The position numbers and the translations under genes were made by a program. Below, one piece after another: positions 10,901 to 18,971 of a DNA stretch of 64,000 nucleotides. Below the pieces are notes generated by a model that was given only the letters and a program-made list of their open reading frames with translations, did not search any database and had not been told where the DNA came from. Location of the stretch: sequence record PP885733.1. One strand, written 5' to 3'. Numbering within the stretch: the first letter of the stretch is position 1; each line of letters starts with the position of its first letter.

Positions 10901-13045
10901 AATAACGGCGCTACTCCTGCTGGCTTTACTCAGGACACGTCTTTCCGTTATTACGACATCGATGGTTGGAAGAATAGTCTCCTACCAGTAATCGATAGCT
11001 TCCGTATGAACTTCTACGGATATGGTTCTTCGTTCCCTGCGTTCATGGGGACTTATGGAGCCGGTGCACCTATCAACCGTTTCTTCCTTCAGCAGAAAGC
11101 AATGGTCGTTACCTGGAACACAGGTGTGGGTCGCACTATCAACATCGGTAGTGGTTCTGGTGTAACGATTAAGGTTAATGGTCAAAACCAGACCTATGGT
11201 GGTTCAGGGACATTCACAATCCCTGGTTCCTTTACTGGGACAGTAACCGTTGAAATCATGGGTATGAGTACGTTCACTTGGGCATTGGGTCTGGTAGAGA
11301 TTATCCAGTTCGGCTCTCTCATCAGCTCGGTTAACTTTGCAGGTTGTCAGACCTTCAAATGTACTCCGTCTCTCCCATCCCGTATCAGGAACTATTCTTC
11401 CCTGTTTGCTGGTTCAACCGCGAATACCATTCCAGGTATGGAAAACTGGAATACTTCAAACGTGACAAACATGTCCGGTATGTTTGAAGGTGCGGTCAAC
11501 TTCAACCAGAACCTGAACAACTGGAAGACTGGTAATGTCACCAACATGTCTAAGATGTTTAAAGACTGTAAGGTGTTTAACCAGGCTCTCGGTAACTGGG
11601 ATACCAGCAAGGTCGAAGACTTTGGATCCATGTTTGAGAATGCCGTTGCATTCAACCAACCACTTCCATGGTTAGTTGGTCGTGCGTGGGTGTTCAGCAA
11701 AATGTTCAAAGGTGCAACTGCCTTTAACGGTAACATCATGCTGTGGAACGTAGGGACAGGTAAAGACTTCAGCTCAATGTTTGAAGACTGCCTTGCATTC
11801 AACGTCGCCCTTCAGCAATGGCGTCCTGTATCAGCAACAACCATGCGTCGCATGTTCAAGAACTGTCGTGATTTCAACAGCCAGTTGACTGGTTGGGTAT
11901 TCCCGACTCTGCTTGATACCTCTGAGATGTTCATGGGGACTAAAGCTTTCAACCGTCCACTCGCAAGTTGGGTGATGACCAGTGTGAACAACACTGAGTC
12001 AATGTTTGAAGCCTCTGTTGCGTTTGGTGCTGATGGAACCACACCTCTGACCGGTTGGGATATGTCCAACGTAGTTAATGCTAAGAGAATGTTCGCAGTC
12101 TCTAACTTTAACTCCGATATCGAAAACTGGGAGTTTGGTTCTGACGCAAACCTGTATGAAATGTTCCGTGGAGCTAAACTCTTCGATAAGAACATCTCTA
12201 CTTGGGATATGCGTAACGTCAGAGATATTTCTGGTATGTTCAAAGAGACTCTAGTGTTCAAACAGAACATCTTGAACTGGCATCTGTCCAGCATTGTCGA
12301 AATGGGTAGCATGTTTGCTCAGTCTAAGTTCAGCGGTGACCTTGTTGGTTGGGTAATCGATTCACCTAACGATATCAACATGAACCGTGTGTTCTCTGAA
12401 GCCTCCCTGTTTAACGGAGCAGGTATCACTACCTGGAACGTTAGCAATGCTATCGACATGCAGCTCATGTTTAACTTGGCTGTTGCCTTTAACCAGGACA
12501 TCTCCAATTGGGATACTGGCAAGAACACCACGTTCTTCGAGATGTTCTTCGGGGCTGCTAAGTTTAACCAGCCGATTGGGAAATGGAATGTTTCCTCTGG
12601 CGTTAACTTCCGCAACATGCTTCGTAAGTGTGTGGTCTTCAACCAAGACCTCGATAACTGGAACATGTCTAATGCTACTGACATCTCTGATATCTTTAGA
12701 GAAGCTGCGGCATTTAACGGTAAGGTCGGAACATGGGATACTTCTAACGTCACTGCGATGAACGGTACGTTTGTAAGTTGTTCTGTATTCGATCAAGACA
12801 TCAGCGGTTGGGATGTCTCTAAAGTACTTAACTTCACCAACACGTTTGGCGGGTGCCTGGTCTTCAACCAAGATATTAGTGGTTGGAATACAGAAAGTGC
12901 CACGATCATGGATAACATGTTCACTAACGCTAGACTGTTTAACCAAGACTTGTCTGGTTGGAACGTTGCAGCAGTTACTACGCACATTGACTTCGCTACT
13001 GGAGCAACTGCGTGGACATTGCCTAAACCTAACTTCCCAAGTTAA
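7940..13045 (+). CDS. Tail fibre-like protein with C-terminal BspA/DUF285 leucine-rich repeat region (1701 aa)
   Basis: N-terminal HTNLRGAVHGETKETVGLGNVDN fibre motif; C-terminal ~25-aa repeats FNQxLxxWxxxxVxxMxxMFxxA; cap WTLPKPNF. Confidence 0.8.
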   Translation: MYTDPKKPLPIATEKKDYIGVVYNAIIEIGNARYNNVGNMESLEQRVAQEKSDAQARIDKFATDTDNDLKAHTNLRGAVHGETKETVGLGNVDNWPMANVAEHKAGQVKNKFAHPLGLAALVADRLTINPDMYIRSRILPLASGGNLGSIPQIAYRWVDGDVGDTLFDPVEYYGETGFAFATESGVRIYPDLIGTDLLTQVVASPGQPKTAITPLGGTQVRIYNRNIDVRRIRPSVLRGYSDVEPEGRLIKASDNLFDRSSLFYVEGTTVLARSFNKVRLPFDILVANNRNGKNWKGVLENRENSLYNIRTEIKKGNLGWGDDIYFTIKVDAFVFTDNGIDAKNGPGTSAETIATLGAEYTTKNYTVPANGKLHIYDHPEGGKAIAIKLRDMIAYTDAQRETLWGLLNTYNATNISFAWVNRLKGIFALRIPVGWLSKDKSKYVNYYVDLLYTTTENATTKTIGLKVETLRELDSNIQILNDNLTVNKAGRFVESNGSCAGNPFDPRVFNGAFDANGGHVHVYTFYNRQYVGYYQHNVDSPLTWINNGDNITPKLEKYLFRQVSTINNDGFYGDHLRHIPVRQTDDMKNEYITLTRDWLNSYRWCYATVELDDVVAPVTAAGRNIGPRRLNNEWFEPPAGGIPSFVISNDENVNVIDSTPRVFNTQNKFKAYGGYELSSDIKNPIKFVQSLDLDDAILNWIAINGGGWTEGYKQMFLFRNQLFWFSQTTSANEMKPDGTDCYYGLIKNVVTETVGDRTVIKAQGDVAASATVKPLKVHLKKTLQVDRKTITGLDAYDATDVYIMRTGSAAGTTTRLCMVNLGPFNNFYFPFRMTNTSATEFDIAPVESGLLDPVFQYDPAKGFQVDYDLITAYGTKAPDRLHVNFQTPVMLNKMMWFFNRTPGSYSLISETRGNLVTNNGIMSNYEGTCVYPVGSIATIGGSNVPIKKPLIAHTVDYPNDELFVTMEGTTPVLYSANRNPANYPTEPNNGATPAGFTQDTSFRYYDIDGWKNSLLPVIDSFRMNFYGYGSSFPAFMGTYGAGAPINRFFLQQKAMVVTWNTGVGRTINIGSGSGVTIKVNGQNQTYGGSGTFTIPGSFTGTVTVEIMGMSTFTWALGLVEIIQFGSLISSVNFAGCQTFKCTPSLPSRIRNYSSLFAGSTANTIPGMENWNTSNVTNMSGMFEGAVNFNQNLNNWKTGNVTNMSKMFKDCKVFNQALGNWDTSKVEDFGSMFENAVAFNQPLPWLVGRAWVFSKMFKGATAFNGNIMLWNVGTGKDFSSMFEDCLAFNVALQQWRPVSATTMRRMFKNCRDFNSQLTGWVFPTLLDTSEMFMGTKAFNRPLASWVMTSVNNTESMFEASVAFGADGTTPLTGWDMSNVVNAKRMFAVSNFNSDIENWEFGSDANLYEMFRGAKLFDKNISTWDMRNVRDISGMFKETLVFKQNILNWHLSSIVEMGSMFAQSKFSGDLVGWVIDSPNDINMNRVFSEASLFNGAGITTWNVSNAIDMQLMFNLAVAFNQDISNWDTGKNTTFFEMFFGAAKFNQPIGKWNVSSGVNFRNMLRKCVVFNQDLDNWNMSNATDISDIFREAAAFNGKVGTWDTSNVTAMNGTFVSCSVFDQDISGWDVSKVLNFTNTFGGCLVFNQDISGWNTESATIMDNMFTNARLFNQDLSGWNVAAVTTHIDFATGATAWTLPKPNFPS
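11435..12980 (+). repeat. About 21 tandem BspA/DUF285-type 24-26 aa repeats
   Basis: Counted 21 conserved Trp-containing units (MENW, LNNW, LGNW ... ISGW, LSGW) in the translation. Confidence 0.85.
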
Positions 13046-13059
13046 CAAACACGCACATT

Positions 13060-13089
13060 CCCCTACCCCTCCGAAAGGAAGGGTAGGGG
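13060..13089. terminator. Probable bidirectional terminator between convergent genes
   Basis: CCCCTACCC-C-TCC-GAAA-GGA-A-GGGTAGGGG between stops at 13045 (+) and 13099 (-); TATG at 13091-13094. Confidence 0.75.
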
Positions 13090-13098
13090 TTATGTTTA

Positions 13099-14079
13099 TT
13101 ATCCTGCAACACCACCAGTCTGAGAACCACCAGACTGAACACCAGTGTGTTTGTGACCGAGGTAACGAGTACCATCGATGTTCCAACCACCACTGACTGT
13201 ACCAGCACCACCGAACTGACTGAACGCCCCTTGTACTGCAACAGGACCTTCAATAGAGTAACTACCTTTCTGGTTGTAGTTACCTTCGTGGGTTATGTTC
13301 CCTTTGATAAATATCTCAGGAGAAATCCATGTAGTTTTCTTAGTGTCGATCTTAATCGAACTATCTGCCTTGAGTGACAGATTAGTACATTGCATGTTGA
13401 TATTCTCTTTACCTTTAAGAATCATGTTGTTCTCACAGGAAAGTGTAATATCTTTCTTCTCAATGTTCATGAACGATTTCTCATCATTAATAAACGAGAA
13501 AGCATGTTCCATCGAGTTAATGGATAGTATGTTATTTTCGCCATCAACTATACCGAATTGTCCTTTGCCGGTATCGAGGCTAATAACATATGAGGTAGGT
13601 TCACCGTTCCCCTGTCCAGTCACTAACTGGATCATCTTCTTATGGGTGCTCACCATAAAGATGTAATAGTTATCAGGAGTAACTGGTGTATTCTCATCTA
13701 CCTTAGGAGAAGCAGAAAAAGCAAAGATAACTGTCTCAAGACGCAGTGTGCCGTCCATGCCGAAGTAAGTCCAACGGTAGGTGTTCTGCCCAGCAAACTT
13801 ATAGACAACGACCTTAGAGCCTTTACGGACGTCTGGAGAGGTAACACGGTTAGAGTTCAACGCCATCCATTTTGCAGGTACGGTGTTGCTCTGTAAAGTT
13901 GTACTAGAACTTGCATCTCCTGTAGGTGACTCAGTAGACACAGTTTTCGTCTCAGCAGTTGTTGTAACCTCACCATCTGCTTCCGGAAACTGCAATGGTA
14001 AGTACACTTGGATCTCATCTGTATCCGTGTCTTTATCCATTGCAACAATGCCTACTCCGTAGCATTCTAACACATTCAT
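13099..14079 (-). CDS. Baseplate central spike (gpV/gp5-like) protein (326 aa)
   Basis: N-terminal OB-fold-like region (IQVYLP...VRKGSKVVV), beta-helix-like repeats, C-terminal LGHKHTGVQSG His-x-His motif as in P2 gpV-type spikes. Confidence 0.75.
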   Translation of the reverse strand: MNVLECYGVGIVAMDKDTDTDEIQVYLPLQFPEADGEVTTTAETKTVSTESPTGDASSSTTLQSNTVPAKWMALNSNRVTSPDVRKGSKVVVYKFAGQNTYRWTYFGMDGTLRLETVIFAFSASPKVDENTPVTPDNYYIFMVSTHKKMIQLVTGQGNGEPTSYVISLDTGKGQFGIVDGENNILSINSMEHAFSFINDEKSFMNIEKKDITLSCENNMILKGKENINMQCTNLSLKADSSIKIDTKKTTWISPEIFIKGNITHEGNYNQKGSYSIEGPVAVQGAFSQFGGAGTVSGGWNIDGTRYLGHKHTGVQSGGSQTGGVAG

Positions 14080-14103
14080 TATTGAGCCCCTTTAGAGGTT
14101 TTC

Positions 14104-16581
14104 ATGATCACGAAGTTGATTGTAAAGAACTTGACACCACTCGCTAAGAAAGGAGTAACGTATGTCGAGTTAGATACCAAAGATATTTTCAATGTTATCG
14201 TTGGTCGAAATGGGTTCGGTAAAACTTCTCTCTTAAGAGAACTTACTCCATATCCGCCTGATAACGCAGACTATGGACCTGGTGGATATAAAGAAAGCCA
14301 TCACGTCGTTGGTAAGGATACTTACATCCTTAAATCAACCACAGGGAAATCATCCGAACATCACTTCATCCATAATGGAAAGAACCTTAACGAAGGTAAC
14401 ACATTATTGGTTCAACGTGAGTTGGTTAAGATTCACTTTGGGGTAACTCCATTCATTAAGGATGTGATTACAGGTCTGGATGTACGCGACTTGTTCACCA
14501 CCTTATCATCAGCGCGTCGTAAAGACTTCCTGATGGCTGTTAACCCAAACGATACCAGTTACGCACTGAAGGTCTATGACAAGCTCAAATCGAATCTGAA
14601 CGCGCTTAAAGGTGGGTTAAAAACTCAGCGGCAGCGTTTAGTAGTAGAAGAAGGTCGTTTATCTCAGTTGGCTGGTATGGAACCAGAACGTTTACAAGTT
14701 GAGATTCGTGTACTGGATGATCAGATTAAGAACGCCCTGTTAATTCACGGTGAGCTTCAATCTATCCAGCGTCACGACATTCAACCTATCAAATCTGAGA
14801 TTGCTAACATCATCTCTTTCCTGATTGGTGCTGATCATTCAGTTAAACACTCTCGTAACACCTTATACTCCATGCGTCAAAACCATGAAGGTGTATTGGA
14901 CAGTTACAAGAGTCGTGAGATTCGTCTGACCGCATTGTTGGGTGAAGTAACAACTCAGTTGGCAGGTCTGGGTAGTACAACCAGTCTGGAGGACTATAAG
15001 AAAGTTCTGGCTAACAACGAACTGTCTTTAGTTCTCAACCGTGATGAACTGGATATGATCGAACGCCGTTTCCAGAGTCATGAGTTGTTCAAAGATGTTT
15101 ACAACGATGACAACTTCTATAAGCAAGTCGATGAACTTATCTCTTTCATCTTCTCTGTGAACAAAGCAGTTGATCTGGAGATTACTTCTGATAAATATCG
15201 TCGTGCTCAAACTAAACTGGAAGAAGTACGCAACGAGTTAGAATCACAGAAAGCCCACGCTAATGAGATTCGTCATACTCTTAACCATTACAACCGTGCA
15301 GACTCTGTCGATTGTCCTAAGTGCGAACACAAGTTCAAAGTTGGGTTCAAAGACATTAACGTCCCACAGTTGACTTCTCGTTTAGAAGCTCACGATAAAC
15401 GTATTGCGGAACTCCAGGGTATCGCTCAACGCGGTAAAGACTATCTGGAGAACAACCAAGGTTGGTATGAAAGCATGGCTAGTCTGATGCGTTACGCACA
15501 ACGCTCAGAATACAGCTCTCTGATTGTCAAACTGATTAGTGAGTATGGTGTAGGTAAATCCGACCTGACTGTACTGATTGATCTTCTCCGGAGTACAGCT
15601 CAGTATGCGGACATCAAGAAGACAGTTAAAGTCCTCGAAGAGGAAGTTGAGAATGTCTCGAAACAGATTCAGTTTCTGGAAAGCAGCAACATCGAAACCC
15701 TGTTCAAACGAGCAGAGTACATTGAACGTGAACTGGCAGCTGCTCAAGCAGGCGTCAGCAGAACCCTTCGACACATCAGAGAAGTGGACGATCAACTCGG
15801 AACCATCGTTCTCGATGAGCAAAGAAGAGACCGTTTAAATATCCTGATGGCAGAACTGGATAGTAAATTAGGTGACAACGGTAAGTATCGTGTTAAGTCT
15901 CGTGTAGAGGAAGTTATCTCTGAACTGACGCCACGTAAAGACCAGCTCATCTCTAACCTTATCCGTTCTGAATCTCTGAACTCAGTAATCAACTCTATCA
16001 AAGAGAACATTGCTGATATGGAGAAACGTGAGAAGCACACTGTTCTGTTAATGGACGGTTTATCTCCGGTTAAAGGTTTGATCGGTTACTTGATGAACGA
16101 CTTCCTCAAATCTGTGGTAGCGAACGTCAATGCAATCATCCAACCTATCTGGACTAACCGTTTGCATGTTCTGAACTGCTCAACCAGTAAGTCTGACGAA
16201 GATGTGGACTTGAACTACAACTTCCCAGTTCTGTCTGGTAGTTCCGACAAACCAAACAAAGACATTGGTATGTGCTCTGGTGGTGAACGTGAAATCATCA
16301 ACTTTGCATTCCGTTTGGTACTGCGTCGTTACTTGGGTGATCGTTGTGGTCTGGCAATGATGATGGATGAAGTCGGTGTGGCTTTCGATGAATTACACCG
16401 TGGTCGTTTCTGTGCTTACATCGCAGAACAACTTCGTCTGTCTAAGATGCCTCAGACTTTCATGATCTCTCATAGCCATAAAGAAATTGCATCAGCTGTG
16501 AACAATGCGAACTTCATCGCACTGAACACTGAAGGTCTGCGTTTAGGTTTCGAACTGAATAAGAAATCCGTATTCAAATAA
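14104..16581 (+). CDS. sbcC: SbcC/Rad50-like SMC-family ATPase (825 aa)
   Basis: Walker A GRNGFGKTS, long coiled coils, Zn-hook CPKC, signature CSGGE, Walker B MMMDE, H-loop ISHS. Confidence 0.92.
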   Translation: MITKLIVKNLTPLAKKGVTYVELDTKDIFNVIVGRNGFGKTSLLRELTPYPPDNADYGPGGYKESHHVVGKDTYILKSTTGKSSEHHFIHNGKNLNEGNTLLVQRELVKIHFGVTPFIKDVITGLDVRDLFTTLSSARRKDFLMAVNPNDTSYALKVYDKLKSNLNALKGGLKTQRQRLVVEEGRLSQLAGMEPERLQVEIRVLDDQIKNALLIHGELQSIQRHDIQPIKSEIANIISFLIGADHSVKHSRNTLYSMRQNHEGVLDSYKSREIRLTALLGEVTTQLAGLGSTTSLEDYKKVLANNELSLVLNRDELDMIERRFQSHELFKDVYNDDNFYKQVDELISFIFSVNKAVDLEITSDKYRRAQTKLEEVRNELESQKAHANEIRHTLNHYNRADSVDCPKCEHKFKVGFKDINVPQLTSRLEAHDKRIAELQGIAQRGKDYLENNQGWYESMASLMRYAQRSEYSSLIVKLISEYGVGKSDLTVLIDLLRSTAQYADIKKTVKVLEEEVENVSKQIQFLESSNIETLFKRAEYIERELAAAQAGVSRTLRHIREVDDQLGTIVLDEQRRDRLNILMAELDSKLGDNGKYRVKSRVEEVISELTPRKDQLISNLIRSESLNSVINSIKENIADMEKREKHTVLLMDGLSPVKGLIGYLMNDFLKSVVANVNAIIQPIWTNRLHVLNCSTSKSDEDVDLNYNFPVLSGSSDKPNKDIGMCSGGEREIINFAFRLVLRRYLGDRCGLAMMMDEVGVAFDELHRGRFCAYIAEQLRLSKMPQTFMISHSHKEIASAVNNANFIALNTEGLRLGFELNKKSVFK

Positions 16582-16620
16582 CAGCCGGGTAACACCGGCT
16601 TTACCAAAGGAAGTAAGTCA

Positions 16621-17181
16621 ATGCAAAAGCTGTATCCAATTGCCAATCGCAATACTCGCCATCTGTTCATCGATCCTTTACTGTCTCGTCCAACTTTCGT
16701 AGCCGGTGAGGGTTACGTTAGCGGTGAGATGACCAGCTTCATCAAAGTGGGTAAAGTCCCTAACCTGGTGGAGCTGTGTCGCCCAGAAGGTGAGCGCTTC
16801 AGTATTACTGAAGAAGCCAACATCGATACCATGGCAGTGACTGAAATCATTTTCGGTGCATTCAACTATAATGAAGAATGGACTGTTTGCCACGTCAAAG
16901 GTCTGAACGTTAAACTGGATAAATTTGATCCAGCTCGTTCTTTCCTGAAGGGTCACATCAGTGTTCCTCTCGGTGATATTTATGATCCGATCAATCAGGA
17001 TGAAAACGTCCTGTTCATCGAAGATCAACCACTCCTCGTAGAGATCGATATTCTCTATGAGCGTGCTACCCGTGCATTCACTCTGTGTGCTGGCAAAAAT
17101 ACTGGTTTCGACACCGGTAAGCCACAACTGCTGGGTGTGAAACTGAACCTGGACTGGCTGGATTCAAAGATCGTTAAGTAA
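16621..17181 (+). CDS. Hypothetical protein, probable paralog of 22392..23006 (186 aa)
   Basis: Ungapped 40-aa motif shared with the 22392 ORF; SD AAGGAAG. Confidence 0.65.
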   Translation: MQKLYPIANRNTRHLFIDPLLSRPTFVAGEGYVSGEMTSFIKVGKVPNLVELCRPEGERFSITEEANIDTMAVTEIIFGAFNYNEEWTVCHVKGLNVKLDKFDPARSFLKGHISVPLGDIYDPINQDENVLFIEDQPLLVEIDILYERATRAFTLCAGKNTGFDTGKPQLLGVKLNLDWLDSKIVK

Positions 17182-17188
17182 ATACACT

Positions 17189-17222
17189 ACAAGCTCACCA
17201 GGATTCGTTCTGGTGGGTTTGT
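17189..17222 (+). terminator. UUCG hairpin followed by TTTATG
   Basis: ACAAGCTCACCAGGA-TTCG-TTCTGGTGGGTTTGT. Confidence 0.75.
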
Positions 17223-17327
17223 TTATGTATATCGATAAATCACCAAGGATTTTACAATCCTTTGTTAAAAGCTCTTATGCGCCGTTTACAGCGGTGTGTA
17301 AAAAGCTTGGCGCTAGATAAATACAGG

Positions 17328-17350
17328 CAGATATTATCCTTATGTAAAGG
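17328..17350 (+). promoter_or_regulatory. Putative phage early-type promoter (degenerate copy)
   Basis: CAGATATTATCCTTATGTAAAGG; same AGATATTAT core as at 26999 and 36388. Confidence 0.45.
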
Positions 17351-17396
17351 GCCCTACCTTTATCTTCCGACTAACTAGAATAGGAAACCAAGAACC

Positions 17397-18188
17397 ATGT
17401 TTAAACAACTCACCGCAATGTGCCTGGTGATCGTGACCTTATTAGGCTTCACGACTTCAGCCGCAGTTGCGTCAATCGGAGCAGCACCCAACGAGTACAC
17501 CACGAAGATTGTTATGGATCGTTTTGACGGACTGAAACAACACATGTACGAAGCTTCCAGAATCTCTGGACTGGACATGGCAGACCTCGTCGCAATTTCA
17601 AGTATTGAATCAACACTTCGTGGGAATGTAAAATCTCAGTATTCGTCCGCTAAAGGTGTACTCCAGTATACTAATGGGACCTGGATACAAGACCGCGCTT
17701 TGTACCACAAACAACTTGGACTACCCGCCAATGTTAGTGTTACTAATGCACGCGCAAACCTGCTTATAGGAGCTACCGCGCTCCACAACCTTAAGCAATT
17801 ACTCATAGAAAAATCACACTTAACAGAGGACACCCTAAGGGTAGGTGATCTTTATATGAGTCATTTGGTTGGGACCAACGGTGCCCTTGCCATTATCAAC
17901 TCTTACAGCAACAAACCAATCAATCAGATCATCAAGCTATCTAAAGGCAATTGGTCCATGTATCACAAGCCGAATGGTCAAGTGCGTACCGCACGAGAGT
18001 TCCGCTTATATATGGATGGTCTTGTCAAGCGTGAAAGATCCTTCTACGCTAAAGCAGTATCCAACTTCCAGTATGCCAAAGCTTCCGCCCCTGTCATGCA
18101 TTACGATTCGATTTCGGATGGTAATGATGCAATGGCCGTTGCAATCGCAAACTCGTCACGTTGGGTCGGCTACGACGTAAATAGTTAA
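17397..18188 (+). CDS. SLT-family lytic transglycosylase with N-terminal signal peptide (263 aa)
   Basis: Catalytic ISSIES (Glu), SSAKGVLQY, LYMSHLVG motifs; N-terminus MFKQ + hydrophobic stretch + AAVA cleavage-like site. Confidence 0.82.
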   Translation: MFKQLTAMCLVIVTLLGFTTSAAVASIGAAPNEYTTKIVMDRFDGLKQHMYEASRISGLDMADLVAISSIESTLRGNVKSQYSSAKGVLQYTNGTWIQDRALYHKQLGLPANVSVTNARANLLIGATALHNLKQLLIEKSHLTEDTLRVGDLYMSHLVGTNGALAIINSYSNKPINQIIKLSKGNWSMYHKPNGQVRTAREFRLYMDGLVKRERSFYAKAVSNFQYAKASAPVMHYDSISDGNDAMAVAIANSSRWVGYDVNS

Positions 18189-18246
18189 ATGTTAGGCAGA
18201 TGGTGATGTTGTGTAAGGAACAATATTTTTAATCTGAGGAAACATC

Positions 18247-18513
18247 ATGCAACGTCAAATCCCTTGCCTGGTAGGAGCCGACTTAGTGTTGACCCCTGCT
18301 ATCGGTGTAACTAATGCACCGAACATCGTCATCGCCCTGGTAACAACCGCAGTTGGTCCTGACGGATCACAAACAGGAGTTATTCAATGGTCAGGAGCTG
18401 CGCGCGCCTTCTTAACTTACGACATGACAGGAACTCGTGTTTTAAGTTATACCCTGACCGATCAATCTCCGTCCGTCTACCAATCTGTGGAGAACATCCT
18501 ACGTTCAATCTAA
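18247..18513 (+). CDS. Hypothetical protein (88 aa)
   Basis: SD GAGGA, clean ORF, followed by hairpin. Confidence 0.65.
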   Translation: MQRQIPCLVGADLVLTPAIGVTNAPNIVIALVTTAVGPDGSQTGVIQWSGAARAFLTYDMTGTRVLSYTLTDQSPSVYQSVENILRSI

Positions 18514-18519
18514 CCTCAA

Positions 18520-18555
18520 CCTAACCCAGGATGGCTTCGGTCGTCTTGGGTTAGG
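18520..18555 (+). terminator. UUCG hairpin followed by TTATG
   Basis: CCTAACCCAGGATGGC-TTCG-GTCGTCTTGGGTTAGG; TATG at 18558-18561. Confidence 0.75.
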
Positions 18556-18575
18556 GTTATGTAAGGATCTCAGAA

Positions 18576-18962
18576 ATGAAGCAAGTGAGAACTTCAAACT
18601 TTTATATTCATGAAAACAAAAAGGGATTGAGTATTATAACGAATATTGACGTCGTTCAATCTCCAGGATTAGAAGCTCATTATGGAGAAGGTGTCCATGT
18701 GGTTCTAATTGAGTACTTCTTTGAGATATACGGCATCTGTTTCTATCGCAACAACCGCAGATTGATTGTTGATAGCTGGGGTGCGATGCGGAGCGTGTTC
18801 ATGACCGAACTGGTTGATGACATGTTCAAATGTTCCGGCTATGACTTCATCACTAAAGACGATGTGATTAACTTGGTTGATCGCATGTTTAAAAACGACT
18901 ACGGCTATAGTACGCCACTAATGCTTGCTGCCGAAGAAGGTTTACCCAACACCGTTCATTAA
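18576..18962 (+). CDS. Hypothetical protein (128 aa)
   Basis: SD AAGGA, in operon with ligase. Confidence 0.65.
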   Translation: MKQVRTSNFYIHENKKGLSIITNIDVVQSPGLEAHYGEGVHVVLIEYFFEIYGICFYRNNRRLIVDSWGAMRSVFMTELVDDMFKCSGYDFITKDDVINLVDRMFKNDYGYSTPLMLAAEEGLPNTVH

Positions 18963-18971
18963 GGAACACTA

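Noticed and set aside
11435-12980. BspA repeats as a CRISPR array, DGR target or contaminating bacterial DNA
   Set aside because: The repeats are protein-level and degenerate at DNA level; no reverse transcriptase or template repeat is present; the region is in frame with a phage fibre N-terminus
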